Positions 1 through 8,191 of a stretch of 43,272 nt of DNA are shown in pieces. How positions within the stretch are numbered: position 1 is the first letter of the stretch; each line of letters begins with the position of its first letter. The position numbers were made by a program, and so were the translations under genes. The notes beneath the pieces are model-generated. The model had not been told where the DNA came from. It saw nothing but the letters and a program-made list of their open reading frames with translations, and did no database searches. Source of the DNA: Elusimicrobiota bacterium (GTDB lineage: Bacteria > CG03); the NCBI GenBank assembly GCA_034660675.1, contig JAYEJT010000115.1:1-43272 (forward strand), written 5' to 3'.

Positions 1-543
1 TATGACGCCGGAAACGGGAAATGTCGCCGGCTGACCCCTTTTGTAGGAGCTGTCAAACTCCGTGCCGTCAATAAGCGTTCCGCTGTAATGAACCGTCACC
101 TTATCATTTTTCGTCGGAGCAGCGCCATTCCCTTTTTTTATCACCCTGTACTGAAGGCCGCTTGATGTCGTTTTAACACCTTTCTTTTTGCCGTTCGCTT
201 TAAGGAATTCCTCTCCTTCTTTTTTGTTCTTATCGGCAAGGCCGCCGTTAACCGCGCTCTGTTTTTTCTGCAGGTCATTGCTCAGCTGCTGCATAACGCT
301 GCGCCGCTCATCGGCCGTCAAACGCGGCTCGGATCCGTCAAGAGCATCTTTAATACCCTCTTTCAGAAAATCAATATCCGCCTCAATACCCTGACTCTTC
401 AAGTTGGCCCCTATATCCAGACCGATGCTGTAACCGACTTTTTCTTTTTGCGTTTCCATAGTTTTTTTCGCACAGCCAAAAGCCGGAAGCATCATCAGAC
501 AAAACAATGTCACCTCCGCATAAAATTTGATCCCACTTTGCAC
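1..543 (-). CDS. FKBP-type peptidyl-prolyl cis-trans isomerase lipoprotein (Mip/FkpA-like), C-terminus runs off the window
   Basis: Not in the ORF track because it is truncated at the window edge. Hand translation from GTG at 543 (GGGAGG 5 nt upstream) gives VQSGIKFYAEVTLFCLMMLPAFGCAKK, a signal peptide with lipobox AFGC. It continues to ...GLQYRVIKKGNGAAPTKNDKVTVHYSGTLIDGTEFDSSYKRGQPATFPVSGVI, a typical FKBP core. The listed 62-aa ORF 383..571 is the wrong frame. Confidence 0.8.
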   Translation of the reverse strand, partial: MQSGIKFYAEVTLFCLMMLPAFGCAKKTMETQKEKVGYSIGLDIGANLKSQGIEADIDFLKEGIKDALDGSEPRLTADERRSVMQQLSNDLQKKQSAVNGGLADKNKKEGEEFLKANGKKKGVKTTSSGLQYRVIKKGNGAAPTKNDKVTVHYSGTLIDGTEFDSSYKRGQPATFPVSGVI

Positions 544-619
544 GCAAACCTCCCATATTCTCTTTCATCATATTTTTAACCGCCCTTCCTCAAAACAGGA
601 AAAGCCTTTGCGTATTTTA

Positions 620-1639
620 TTATAATTTTTGCTTTTCTGAAAGAAGTTTTGCGGCAGAGAACACTTCTGACGGCAAAATATCCCTCATGCATTTGTGATG
701 GCCGAGCGGGCATTTCCGCGGGCCGTGAATGTTGCATGGCCGGCAGTCCAGTGTTTTCTGCAGAATAATATTTTTCTGACCGTAAGGGCCGAAGCCGAAA
801 GCGGGAACCGTGGGACCGAAAATGGCGGCGGTCGGGATCCCGAACGCCGAAGCGAAATGCAGCGGCGCCGAATCCCCCGTTATTATTATGTCCGCATTTT
901 TTATCAGAGCGGCCAGAGCGGGAAAATCCGTCTTACCCACAAAATCCATGACTTCCGCGCCGAGATCTTTTTTTATTTCAAGCCAGTAGGAAACATCCCC
1001 AGGGGCGCCCGCAACGGCGATATCAAAATCTCCGTCTAAGCGGTCCGTCAGCTCTATCCAATACTCTGGAGGCCACATCTTTGTTCCCCAGTTTGAAAAA
1101 GGGCTGAGAACAGCAAGCGGCTTTTCCCGGCTGAGGCCGGAATCCCCCGAACCGAATTCGGCTTCCTCAAAATCCTCATCAAAAGGAATGTTCCAGTTTC
1201 CGTCCCAGGAATCAAAACCCGCCGCAATGGCAAGCTTCAGATTTCTGTCAATCTCATGCAGATGGGATTCATACCTCACTTTTTCGGTGAAGAAAAAACT
1301 CCCCGAAGAAGTGTCAAAACCTATTCTTTTTTTTATTCCGGCGAGCTTCGCCATAAGAGCGCTCCTGAAAGACCTGTGTATCACAAGAGCAATGTCGTAT
1401 TTTTCTTTTCTAAGATCCGCGCAGAAAGAAAGAAATCTCAGCGGGCAGCGATTTCTGCCCTTTTTGTCGTCTCCGATCACCCTGTGCACGGCAGAATGCT
1501 TTTCCGCGAATTTTTTGTAGGCGGGCAACGTCAGAAAATGTATTTCACATTCGGGGAAACTCTGTTTGACGGCTTCGGCAAGCGGCAACGCCAGAACAAC
1601 ATCGCCGATAAACGCCGACTGCATTATCAGAACTTTCAT
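620..1639 (-). CDS. Glycosyltransferase family 9 (LPS heptosyltransferase)
   Basis: MKVLIMQSAFIGDVVLALPL N-terminus, the SPFSNWGTKMWP segment and the C-terminal CRPC...C...CM motif are typical of the WaaC/WaaF family. I chose ATG 1639, which forms an ATGA overlap with the upstream stop, over the longer track start at 1741. Confidence 0.85.
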   Translation of the reverse strand: MKVLIMQSAFIGDVVLALPLAEAVKQSFPECEIHFLTLPAYKKFAEKHSAVHRVIGDDKKGRNRCPLRFLSFCADLRKEKYDIALVIHRSFRSALMAKLAGIKKRIGFDTSSGSFFFTEKVRYESHLHEIDRNLKLAIAAGFDSWDGNWNIPFDEDFEEAEFGSGDSGLSREKPLAVLSPFSNWGTKMWPPEYWIELTDRLDGDFDIAVAGAPGDVSYWLEIKKDLGAEVMDFVGKTDFPALAALIKNADIIITGDSAPLHFASAFGIPTAAIFGPTVPAFGFGPYGQKNIILQKTLDCRPCNIHGPRKCPLGHHKCMRDILPSEVFSAAKLLSEKQKL

Positions 1640-2616
1640 TTCAACTTTTCCTCCATCGCCGTCACAAGGTCTTCCTCTCTTATGGATTCCATGCACACCC
1701 TGTCTCCCCTGGCGCAGACCTTTCCGCCGTGAAGATGACACGGCCTGCAGGGAACATTCACCTGCATTATTTTGGCACCCGCCGGAGCGAAACCGAACTC
1801 CGTAACGGTGGGGCCGAAAAAAACGATGAGAGGTTTGCCTAACGCCTTCGCCGCGTGAGCGGCTCCCGAATCCATGCTTATCACGCAGGATGAAGCATTC
1901 ATAACGGCAAAAAACATCCGCAGATCCAAACGGCCACAGAGATTTTTCACAAAATTTCTGTGGTACCTGTTTTCCGGCATAAGTTTTTCCGCACGGTTGT
2001 AATCATCCCCCGTAAGTATAAAATAACGCCCGGGCTTTGCTGCGGCTTCAAAGAATCCGGGAAAACGGCGCCACTCCTTAAGAGGCCATTTCGCTTGAGG
2101 CGCCACACAGATGATTTCAGCAGACGGCGGAATCCCCTGGCTTTCAAGAATGCGCCGGGCCCGCTGTTTTTCTCCCGGACTTAAAAACAGAGACGTTTTT
2201 CCCGTGTGTATTTTTATTTTATCTTCCTCAAGAACATTCAGATACCTCTCAACGGCTCCCGGGATAACGGCGGTTTTGCCCCTTAAAAGCTTTTTTCTTT
2301 CCTTTCTGTAAGTCTTTACTCTTCTCACACGCTTTGAAAAAAAAGCCCCGAGGGCGCGGCTCCGGAGAGAAGAATGCAGATCGTAAATCTTTTCCGGATT
2401 TATTTCTTTAAGCAGCGACACGAGAGGCGGCAGCCCGTAATCTTCAAGAGTGATGACCCTGTCCACAAAAGGATTGCCCTCAAAAACCGGAGCATAGGCT
2501 TTCTTTGTTATAAAATATATGAAACTGCCCGGATAATTGAGTTTGATATTTTCGCACACCGGTGTCGTGAGTATGACATCACCGAGTGAACTGAATCTTG
2601 CGACAGCGAAATTCAT
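1636..2616 (-). CDS. Glycosyltransferase family 9 (LPS heptosyltransferase), paralog of the neighbour
   Basis: ARFSSLGDVILTTPV N-terminus and C-terminal VPCRPCHLHGGKVCARGDRVCM, giving the GT9 architecture. Confidence 0.85.
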   Translation of the reverse strand: MNFAVARFSSLGDVILTTPVCENIKLNYPGSFIYFITKKAYAPVFEGNPFVDRVITLEDYGLPPLVSLLKEINPEKIYDLHSSLRSRALGAFFSKRVRRVKTYRKERKKLLRGKTAVIPGAVERYLNVLEEDKIKIHTGKTSLFLSPGEKQRARRILESQGIPPSAEIICVAPQAKWPLKEWRRFPGFFEAAAKPGRYFILTGDDYNRAEKLMPENRYHRNFVKNLCGRLDLRMFFAVMNASSCVISMDSGAAHAAKALGKPLIVFFGPTVTEFGFAPAGAKIMQVNVPCRPCHLHGGKVCARGDRVCMESIREEDLVTAMEEKLK

Positions 2617-2622
2617 GCCGGC

Positions 2623-3630
2623 TCACTTTCCTTCCGAGATATACTGGTTAAGCCTCTCCATTTTTTCGGTGTTTCCCAGCACAAGTATTTTGTCGTTGAC
2701 CTCAAGCATCATGGATGCGGCAGGATTATAAATAAATCTTCCGGTGCTGGCTTTACGCATGGCTATTATGACAAGGCCGGTGTTTTTGCTTATCTGACTT
2801 TTTTCCAGCGTATAATTTATAAATGGTGATTTTTCAGGAACAACGGTCTCCTCTATTCTCCATTCTCCCTCACTCTCTTTGAGCATTATGTCCAGAAAAG
2901 TTACAACGTTCGGCCGCAGCGCCGTGGATGCCATTCTCATGCCGCCTATTCTCTGAGGCGACACAACATACTCCGCGCCGGCCCTCTTCATTTTGGAATC
3001 CGCACCTTCTTCCACCGCCGCGGCGACAACCTTGATCCTGGGATTGAGGCTCTTCGCAGAAATAACAACATAAAGATTCATGGCATCACTGTTGAGACAG
3101 GCGAGGACGGCCTTCGCCTTTTCCACACCGGCGTCTATAAGTATGTCATCCTGTGAAGCGTCACCTATCACGTGGGGCACATCGGGAAAACTCTTTTTCA
3201 TTTTCTCAATATTCTGCTCGTCCTTTTCTACGACAACAAACTTTTGATGTGTTTTGGAAAATTCCTCAACGACCGCCTCGCCGACGGGCGAAAGACCGCA
3301 TATTATGTGATGCCCCCTCAGTTTTTTTATTTTGTCACGCATTTTCTGCCTCCTTAAAACATTTCCCACTTCTCCCTGAAGAATCAGGGATGTAAAAAGA
3401 CCGGCTATTCCCGCCACGAGCGAAAAGCCGAAAGCTATCAGCCCCATCGTAAATATTTTCCCTGCGGGGCTCAAAGCGTGCACCTCGCCGAAGCCAATGG
3501 AAGATAGCGTTATTGAAGTCATGTACAGAGAATCAAGAACATTCCATTTTTCTATTATCATATATCCGGAAGTTCCGGCCACAACCACAAAAAGCATCAG
3601 AAAAATAATTGTCGCGAATCTTTTGTTCAT
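2623..3630 (-). CDS. Two-TM potassium channel with cytoplasmic RCK (TrkA-N/TrkA-C) domain, MthK-like
   Basis: Two hydrophobic helices flank the pore signature TLSSIGFGE. They are followed by a Rossmann-like HHIICGLSPVGEAV segment and a C-terminal TrkA-C-like segment. Confidence 0.8.
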   Translation of the reverse strand: MNKRFATIIFLMLFVVVAGTSGYMIIEKWNVLDSLYMTSITLSSIGFGEVHALSPAGKIFTMGLIAFGFSLVAGIAGLFTSLILQGEVGNVLRRQKMRDKIKKLRGHHIICGLSPVGEAVVEEFSKTHQKFVVVEKDEQNIEKMKKSFPDVPHVIGDASQDDILIDAGVEKAKAVLACLNSDAMNLYVVISAKSLNPRIKVVAAAVEEGADSKMKRAGAEYVVSPQRIGGMRMASTALRPNVVTFLDIMLKESEGEWRIEETVVPEKSPFINYTLEKSQISKNTGLVIIAMRKASTGRFIYNPAASMMLEVNDKILVLGNTEKMERLNQYISEGK

Positions 3631-4880
3631 GTATTACCCAGACTGTCCTGTATAAACGCTTTGTTGCGCCGGATAGCGCCCTTGAGCATATCCAGTTTCG
3701 AGAAAGCAGCAAGCGCTTTTTTATCTCTCATTTCTTTTGAACAAGCGAGAGACTCAAAAGCCCCCGCAAGCGAAACCTTGTCAGGAACAACAAGCAATTC
3801 ATTCTTCAGTATATCAAATTCCTCTCTGAAATTACCCATGTGCGTTCCCACAACCACGGGTTTTTTCATCTGCACAGCCTCCACGAAATTCTGGCCGCCG
3901 TGAGGAACGAGCGAACCGCCGACAAAACAGATATCCGAAATACCATAAAGCCCGCCAAGCACGCCTATCCCGTCCACAAGCAGAAACCGGGAAGACGGCG
4001 TGAAACCGCCGTCTCGGACGTACCGGGAACAGGTTATCCCCCTCCTCCTGAAAACACGCTCTATCTCTCTCACGCGCTCTATGTGACGGGGAACTATCGC
4101 GCAGTAGACTTCGCCCTTTAAAGAAAGCACGGCATCCATCACCGCCTCTTCTTCCCCCCTGTGGGTGCTGCCGGCGGTTATCAGCAGCGCCTGCCGGGGC
4201 ACCGCGTAATCTTCGCGCGACACCGGAAAATTTTTACCTGAGAAACCAATATCGTATTTGATGTTACCCGCTACGGAAACACGGGCCGGCTCCGCGCCCA
4301 TGGCAATAAATCTTTCGGCATCTTTTTTTGTACGCGCCGAAATCACGTCTATTTTTTTAAGCATCATACGCGTGAGCGGTTTTATGAGTTTGTATTTCGG
4401 GAAACTCCTGTCTGACACCCTGCCGTTAACCAGCACTATCTTTGAAAAACACCCGGCCGACTCTATTAAATTGGGCCAGAGCTGAAGCTCCACAAGGACC
4501 ACACAAGCCGGGGCCACTTTTTTTATAAAACTATCGGTGATAAAAAAAATATCCAGCGGCGCGTAATAGACCCCCGTAAAAACCCCGGATGATTTCCCCA
4601 ACGCCCTCCCCTCGGGGGTCTGGGCAAAAAGATAAAGCGGACGGGATGGGTCTTTGAACTCTCCGGCAAGAGCAAGCGCGAGTTTTACCTCCCCGACGGA
4701 AGAAGCCTGAAACCACACGCCCCCCGGTGTAAAATCCCCGGACGGAAGAAAAAAACGCTGGTAGAAAGTGCCCCGGCTCCTTTTTATGTATCTGTAAAGC
4801 CTGGGAAGCGAAACCAACAGGATAACCGTCGGCAGAAAAAGAAGCGTAACGGTATTGATAATTATAAGAGCCGGCCCCAT
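3627..4880 (-). CDS. waaA: 3-deoxy-D-manno-octulosonic acid (Kdo) transferase
   Basis: N-terminal membrane anchor, VWFQASSVGEV motif and a GT30-like C-terminal half (GGSLVPHGGQNFVEA). Confidence 0.85.
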   Translation of the reverse strand: MGPALIIINTVTLLFLPTVILLVSLPRLYRYIKRSRGTFYQRFFLPSGDFTPGGVWFQASSVGEVKLALALAGEFKDPSRPLYLFAQTPEGRALGKSSGVFTGVYYAPLDIFFITDSFIKKVAPACVVLVELQLWPNLIESAGCFSKIVLVNGRVSDRSFPKYKLIKPLTRMMLKKIDVISARTKKDAERFIAMGAEPARVSVAGNIKYDIGFSGKNFPVSREDYAVPRQALLITAGSTHRGEEEAVMDAVLSLKGEVYCAIVPRHIERVREIERVFRRRGITCSRYVRDGGFTPSSRFLLVDGIGVLGGLYGISDICFVGGSLVPHGGQNFVEAVQMKKPVVVGTHMGNFREEFDILKNELLVVPDKVSLAGAFESLACSKEMRDKKALAAFSKLDMLKGAIRRNKAFIQDSLGNT

Positions 4881-4882
4881 AA

Positions 4883-5377
4883 CTATATCTTGAACTCGCC
4901 CGCTATGGGACCTTCCTCAAAATCAAAACCTCCGGTTCCGAGAATCTCCGCCGCGTCACCGACAGCAATTTCCCCGGCTTCCGCTTTTAATTTTTTCTCA
5001 CCGAGTTCTCTGGCGGCTATCTCGGACATTATCTTTTTCATTTTCAGAAAAACCTCGGCAAAAACAGCCCCTCTCACCTTCTCATCCATGACGCCCGAAG
5101 CTTGCGTGTTTTCTTTCCGGAGCGGCCCGGCCTCTCCGGGAGCGTATATACCGGCCATAAACACAAAACTTTTTCCGGTGTCTTTGTATATGAGCGCCGA
5201 ATAGCTGTCAAAATCCGCGGCGGCTTTACGGGCGGCTTTCTTTATCCCGGGGATCGTCTCCGGATGCCCCTTCTCGTAGACCCTGTAGAACACTTTACCG
5301 GGGGAAGGTTTCACTTTTAATTTCTTTATCTTAACGCCGACCGCGACCCTTGCCTCTCTCACGATTTTTTCCCCCAT
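4883..5377 (-). CDS. Hypothetical protein (164 aa, no cysteines, no recognisable motif)
   Basis: Only an ORF in operon context: it ends 3 nt before waaA and overlaps the upstream gene by 19 nt. The start is uncertain. Confidence 0.4.
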   Translation of the reverse strand: MGEKIVREARVAVGVKIKKLKVKPSPGKVFYRVYEKGHPETIPGIKKAARKAAADFDSYSALIYKDTGKSFVFMAGIYAPGEAGPLRKENTQASGVMDEKVRGAVFAEVFLKMKKIMSEIAARELGEKKLKAEAGEIAVGDAAEILGTGGFDFEEGPIAGEFKI

Positions 5378-5868
5378 ATATGACGGCCCTCATAATCCTG
5401 CGAAACAATAACAGGAAAATCTCTCACCTCAAACAGCCTCAGAGCCTGAGCTCCGAGCTCGGAAAAAGAAACGGTTCTGTGCGCCGTTACGCAGGAAGCC
5501 AGAAGCGCGCCGGCTCCGCCCGGGGCTTCAAAATAAACCCCCCTTTTTTTTAAGATCCTCGAACCGGCAGAGGAAAGGGAACCTTTGCCTATAATGACAT
5601 TAACGCCGGTTTTGAGAATTTTATCTATCGCCCAATCCATTCTTGAAGAAGTTGTCGGGCCCGATGCTGTGACTTTCCCGTTTCTGATAATCGGACCACA
5701 GTAAAAAACAGCTTTATCACCCGGAAAAGATTTCCGGTGTGAATCAAAAAATTTCTTGAGAGTTCTGTCACGCGCGACGCCCAGCAAACCGTTTAAAAGA
5801 AAAAAATCCCCTGCACGCGGTTTTTGCGGACGGGCCAGAGGAAGAACGATTGTCCCCGGAGTTTTCAT
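5359..5868 (-). CDS. Fe-S hydro-lyase beta-type subunit (class I fumarate hydratase / tartrate dehydratase beta-like)
   Basis: GPTTSSRMD, IIGKG, APGGAGALLA and FEVRDFPVIV motifs match the Fumerase_C family pattern. Confidence 0.7.
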   Translation of the reverse strand: MKTPGTIVLPLARPQKPRAGDFFLLNGLLGVARDRTLKKFFDSHRKSFPGDKAVFYCGPIIRNGKVTASGPTTSSRMDWAIDKILKTGVNVIIGKGSLSSAGSRILKKRGVYFEAPGGAGALLASCVTAHRTVSFSELGAQALRLFEVRDFPVIVSQDYEGRHIWGKKS

Positions 5869-7091
5869 TTTACTATTTCTTTCATCACCCTGCGGGTCTG
5901 CTCTATTGGACAGAAATCACCGCACATCGTGCACACTTCCTGGTTGAGATGATCTTTTCTTATCATTTCGGGAAAAAGAATATTTTTTTTCATGGTTTTC
6001 CAGTCAAGGTCAAACCTCGCCTCTGAAACAGTCTTGTCTCTTTTTAAGGACAGTGACCTGCCTCTGGAAACATCGGCGGCATGAGCGGCAATGCGGGTTG
6101 CTATCACACCAAGACGCACATCCGCGGCATCGGGAAGACCGAGATGTTCTGCCGGTGTTACATAACAGAGAAAATCAGCGCCGTAAGATGCCGCCAGTGC
6201 CCCGCCTATGGCCGAAGTTATGTGATCAAAACCGGCGGCGGAATCAGTCACAAGGGGCCCTAAAACATAAAAGGGCGCGCCGTGGCAGAATTTTTTCTCA
6301 TCCCTCACGACTCTTTCTATTTGCGAGAGAGGTATGTGTCCGGGACCCTCTATTATTACGTCAACGCCGGCGCGCCGGGCGCGGAGAAAAAGTTTTCCCA
6401 GCGTTTTCAGCTCAAGAATCTGGAGATAATCGTTAGCATCCGAAATAGCGCCGGGCCGCAAGCCGTCACCGAGGCTCAGCACAGCATCATATTTTTTCGC
6501 GAGTTTGATAAGTCTGTCAAAATCACTGTAAAGCGGGTTTTCTTTACCCGTTTCCTGCATCCAGCCGAAAATAAGGCCGCCTCCTCTTGAAACAACACCT
6601 CCGAGACGCGGATTCTTTTTCAGATAATTGAGAGACTCCCGCGTCACGCCGCAGTGCACGGTTACAAAATCCACACCTGCTTTCAGCTGATCCTCTATCA
6701 CCTCAAAAAAATTGTCGGCCGTCGGCTGTCTGTATTTTGAGAAAATATGATAGGCCGGCACGGTTCCCACCGGAACGGTTGAGCGCCGCAACACTTTTTT
6801 GAGAACACCCAGAAAACCCTTCCCGCAGGAAAGGTCCATGACGGCATCGGCCCCGTATTTTACGGCGGCATCCAGCTTTTTGACTTCATGTTTCCAGTCG
6901 GAAGCCAGAGGGGAAAGACCTATGTTCGCGTTTATCTTAACGCTGAGCCCCTTCCCCACGGCAACCGCCCGCCGGGGAGAAAGTCTGTTTTTCATAATGG
7001 CAATGCGGCCCGCTTTATAATCTCTCTCAAAAATTTCTACGGGCACATCTTCTTCAGCAGCCAATTTCCTGATTAATTTTTTTGTTTTCAT
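5865..7091 (-). CDS. thiC: Phosphomethylpyrimidine synthase, short-form radical SAM ThiC
   Basis: KINANIGLSP, TVHCGVT, GVVSRGGG, IEGPGHIPL, FYVLGPLVTD, DFLCYVTPAEHLGLP and the C-terminal CTMCGDFC cluster motif. Confidence 0.85.
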   Translation of the reverse strand: MKTKKLIRKLAAEEDVPVEIFERDYKAGRIAIMKNRLSPRRAVAVGKGLSVKINANIGLSPLASDWKHEVKKLDAAVKYGADAVMDLSCGKGFLGVLKKVLRRSTVPVGTVPAYHIFSKYRQPTADNFFEVIEDQLKAGVDFVTVHCGVTRESLNYLKKNPRLGGVVSRGGGLIFGWMQETGKENPLYSDFDRLIKLAKKYDAVLSLGDGLRPGAISDANDYLQILELKTLGKLFLRARRAGVDVIIEGPGHIPLSQIERVVRDEKKFCHGAPFYVLGPLVTDSAAGFDHITSAIGGALAASYGADFLCYVTPAEHLGLPDAADVRLGVIATRIAAHAADVSRGRSLSLKRDKTVSEARFDLDWKTMKKNILFPEMIRKDHLNQEVCTMCGDFCPIEQTRRVMKEIVK

Positions 7092-7474
7092 AATGCTTTT
7101 ACAAAATCCTTTTCTATTTCATAAAGCCGGAAGCGTATTCTTTTTACTCTGCCGGACTTTTCCATATTTCCAAGCTTGGTGATTTCCTCAAGAACGCGCA
7201 GGGCCTCACCCACACGGAAAATGTTCGCCCTGAGAGCTGAGGAAATATCCGTTCTTCCTTTTTCTTTTATTGCGGCGCCTCTATCAAGTTTCACATTACG
7301 ACTCTTCACAAGCTGTTCGTAATCATCTTCAAAGATCGCCGCAAGGCCGTGACGGAGCTTTCTCAAATCCGCAAACTTGCCGCTTTTAAAATAAAACCGT
7401 TCAATATCCTCTACGACCCTCAGCCCCTCCCGCGCGCGATTGAGGTTAGCGTCAATAATACTCAGTTTCCGCAT
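7088..7474 (-). CDS. ThiD2 / ThiE-N-terminal-like domain protein (thiamine-biosynthesis associated)
   Basis: IIDANLNRAREGLRVVEDIERF and ...RVGEALRVLEEI resemble the domain found fused to thiamine-phosphate synthase in some anaerobes. The gene overlaps thiC by 4 nt. I prefer ATG 7474 over the track GTG 7480 because TATAAT sits at 7481-7486. Confidence 0.5.
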   Translation of the reverse strand: MRKLSIIDANLNRAREGLRVVEDIERFYFKSGKFADLRKLRHGLAAIFEDDYEQLVKSRNVKLDRGAAIKEKGRTDISSALRANIFRVGEALRVLEEITKLGNMEKSGRVKRIRFRLYEIEKDFVKAL

Positions 7475-7480
7475 GGGCAC

Positions 7481-7486
7481 ATTATA
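7481..7486 (-). promoter_or_regulatory. Candidate -10 box (TATAAT) for the thi operon, 6 nt from ATG 7474 (leaderless start)
   Basis: The minus strand reads caagTATAATgtgcccATG. No convincing -35 is present; TTTATT sits at a 17-nt spacing. Confidence 0.35.
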
Positions 7487-7487
7487 C

Positions 7488-7516
7488 TTGATTAACGGTC
7501 AAAAATAAAGTAAACT
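7488..7516 (+). promoter_or_regulatory. Candidate promoter for tRNA-Thr (TTGATT-17-TAAACT)
   Basis: TTGATT at 7488-7493, a 17-nt spacer and TAAACT at 7511-7516, with the tRNA starting at 7529. Both hexamers match consensus at 4/6. Confidence 0.3.
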
Positions 7517-7528
7517 TTCCCTGTTTAA

Positions 7529-7601
7529 GCCGGCGTAGCTCAGCTGGTAGAGCAGCGGTTTTGTAAACCGCTGGTCGGGGGTTCGATTCCTCTCGCCGGC
7601 T
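7529..7601 (+). tRNA. tRNA-Thr (anticodon UGU), no encoded CCA
   Basis: Cloverleaf read by eye. Acceptor stem GCCGGCG/CGCCGGC, D-arm AGCTCAGCTGGTAGAGC, anticodon stem GCGGT/ACCGC with loop TTTGTAA, and T-arm GGGGGTTCGATTCCTCTC. Confidence 0.9.
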
Positions 7602-7662
7602 CATTCCCCTTTTCCCGGAATGGTTACGAAACACGTGCCGAGAAGACGCAAACTTTCAGTTT

Positions 7663-8166
7663 TCAGAACGCGCTCAGGATGTTGGAGTAAACAGGGCTGC
7701 CGTGCTCCGAGCCGTTGAGCAGGACTTTCACGCGGCTGTGGGAAAACACGCATTTGAAAGAATTTTTCCTGTATATCCCGGCAGCAAGTTTTTTGACGAA
7801 TTTTCCGTCAAAAGCATATATCACAGCGTCAACAGAGTGTTTCTTAAAAAGTTTTTCCATGGGTTTAACGGAATTTTTCCCCTCAAGAAACACAAACACC
7901 GAAAAAAGATCGGCGCGGGAACGGAAAAACATTATTCTTTTTTCGGACGGCGGAAAGCAATCCGCCCACAAAGCTTTTTGACCACCCGAAGATTTGGCGT
8001 ACAAATCGGGCTTGAAAGCAAAACCCGCATTAGCCGAAAATCTCAATCTGCCCGCAAACATCTCATGGGCCAGAAGTTTTAAAATAACGTCTGAACGGGT
8101 CCGGGCGCGTTTTTTCTCAACAACGATTTTCTTTCCGCCCCCGCTAAAAATATAATTTGCTTTCAT
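7663..8166 (-). CDS. YaeQ-family protein (PD-(D/E)XK-like fold, function unknown)
   Basis: VILKLLAHEMFAGRLRFS...KPDLY...ALWADCFPPSEKRI parallels E. coli YaeQ RMMLRLLAW...ERLQFT...EPEAW...DLWIELGLPDERRI. The alignment was done by eye. Confidence 0.5.
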   Translation of the reverse strand: MKANYIFSGGGKKIVVEKKRARTRSDVILKLLAHEMFAGRLRFSANAGFAFKPDLYAKSSGGQKALWADCFPPSEKRIMFFRSRADLFSVFVFLEGKNSVKPMEKLFKKHSVDAVIYAFDGKFVKKLAAGIYRKNSFKCVFSHSRVKVLLNGSEHGSPVYSNILSAF

Positions 8167-8191
8167 AAAATATCCACTTTCAACAATAGCG

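Noticed and set aside
383-571. 62-aa minus-strand ORF from the track.
   Set aside because: It is the wrong frame over the signal-peptide region of the FKBP-type PPIase. The +1 frame, starting at GTG 543, gives a lipobox and a continuous PPIase.
1640-1741. N-terminal extensions of track ORFs: 620..1741, 10698..11684, 33723..34922, 39021..39995, and possibly 9265..10581 and 7088..7480.
   Set aside because: The extensions overlap upstream genes or translate palindromes or leaders. Internal ATGs give family-typical N-termini and better RBS or overlap geometry.
7481-7528. Looked for a TPP (THI-box) riboswitch upstream of the thi genes.
   Set aside because: Only 48 nt lie before the tRNA, and the conserved CUGAGA / ACCUGA elements are not seen.
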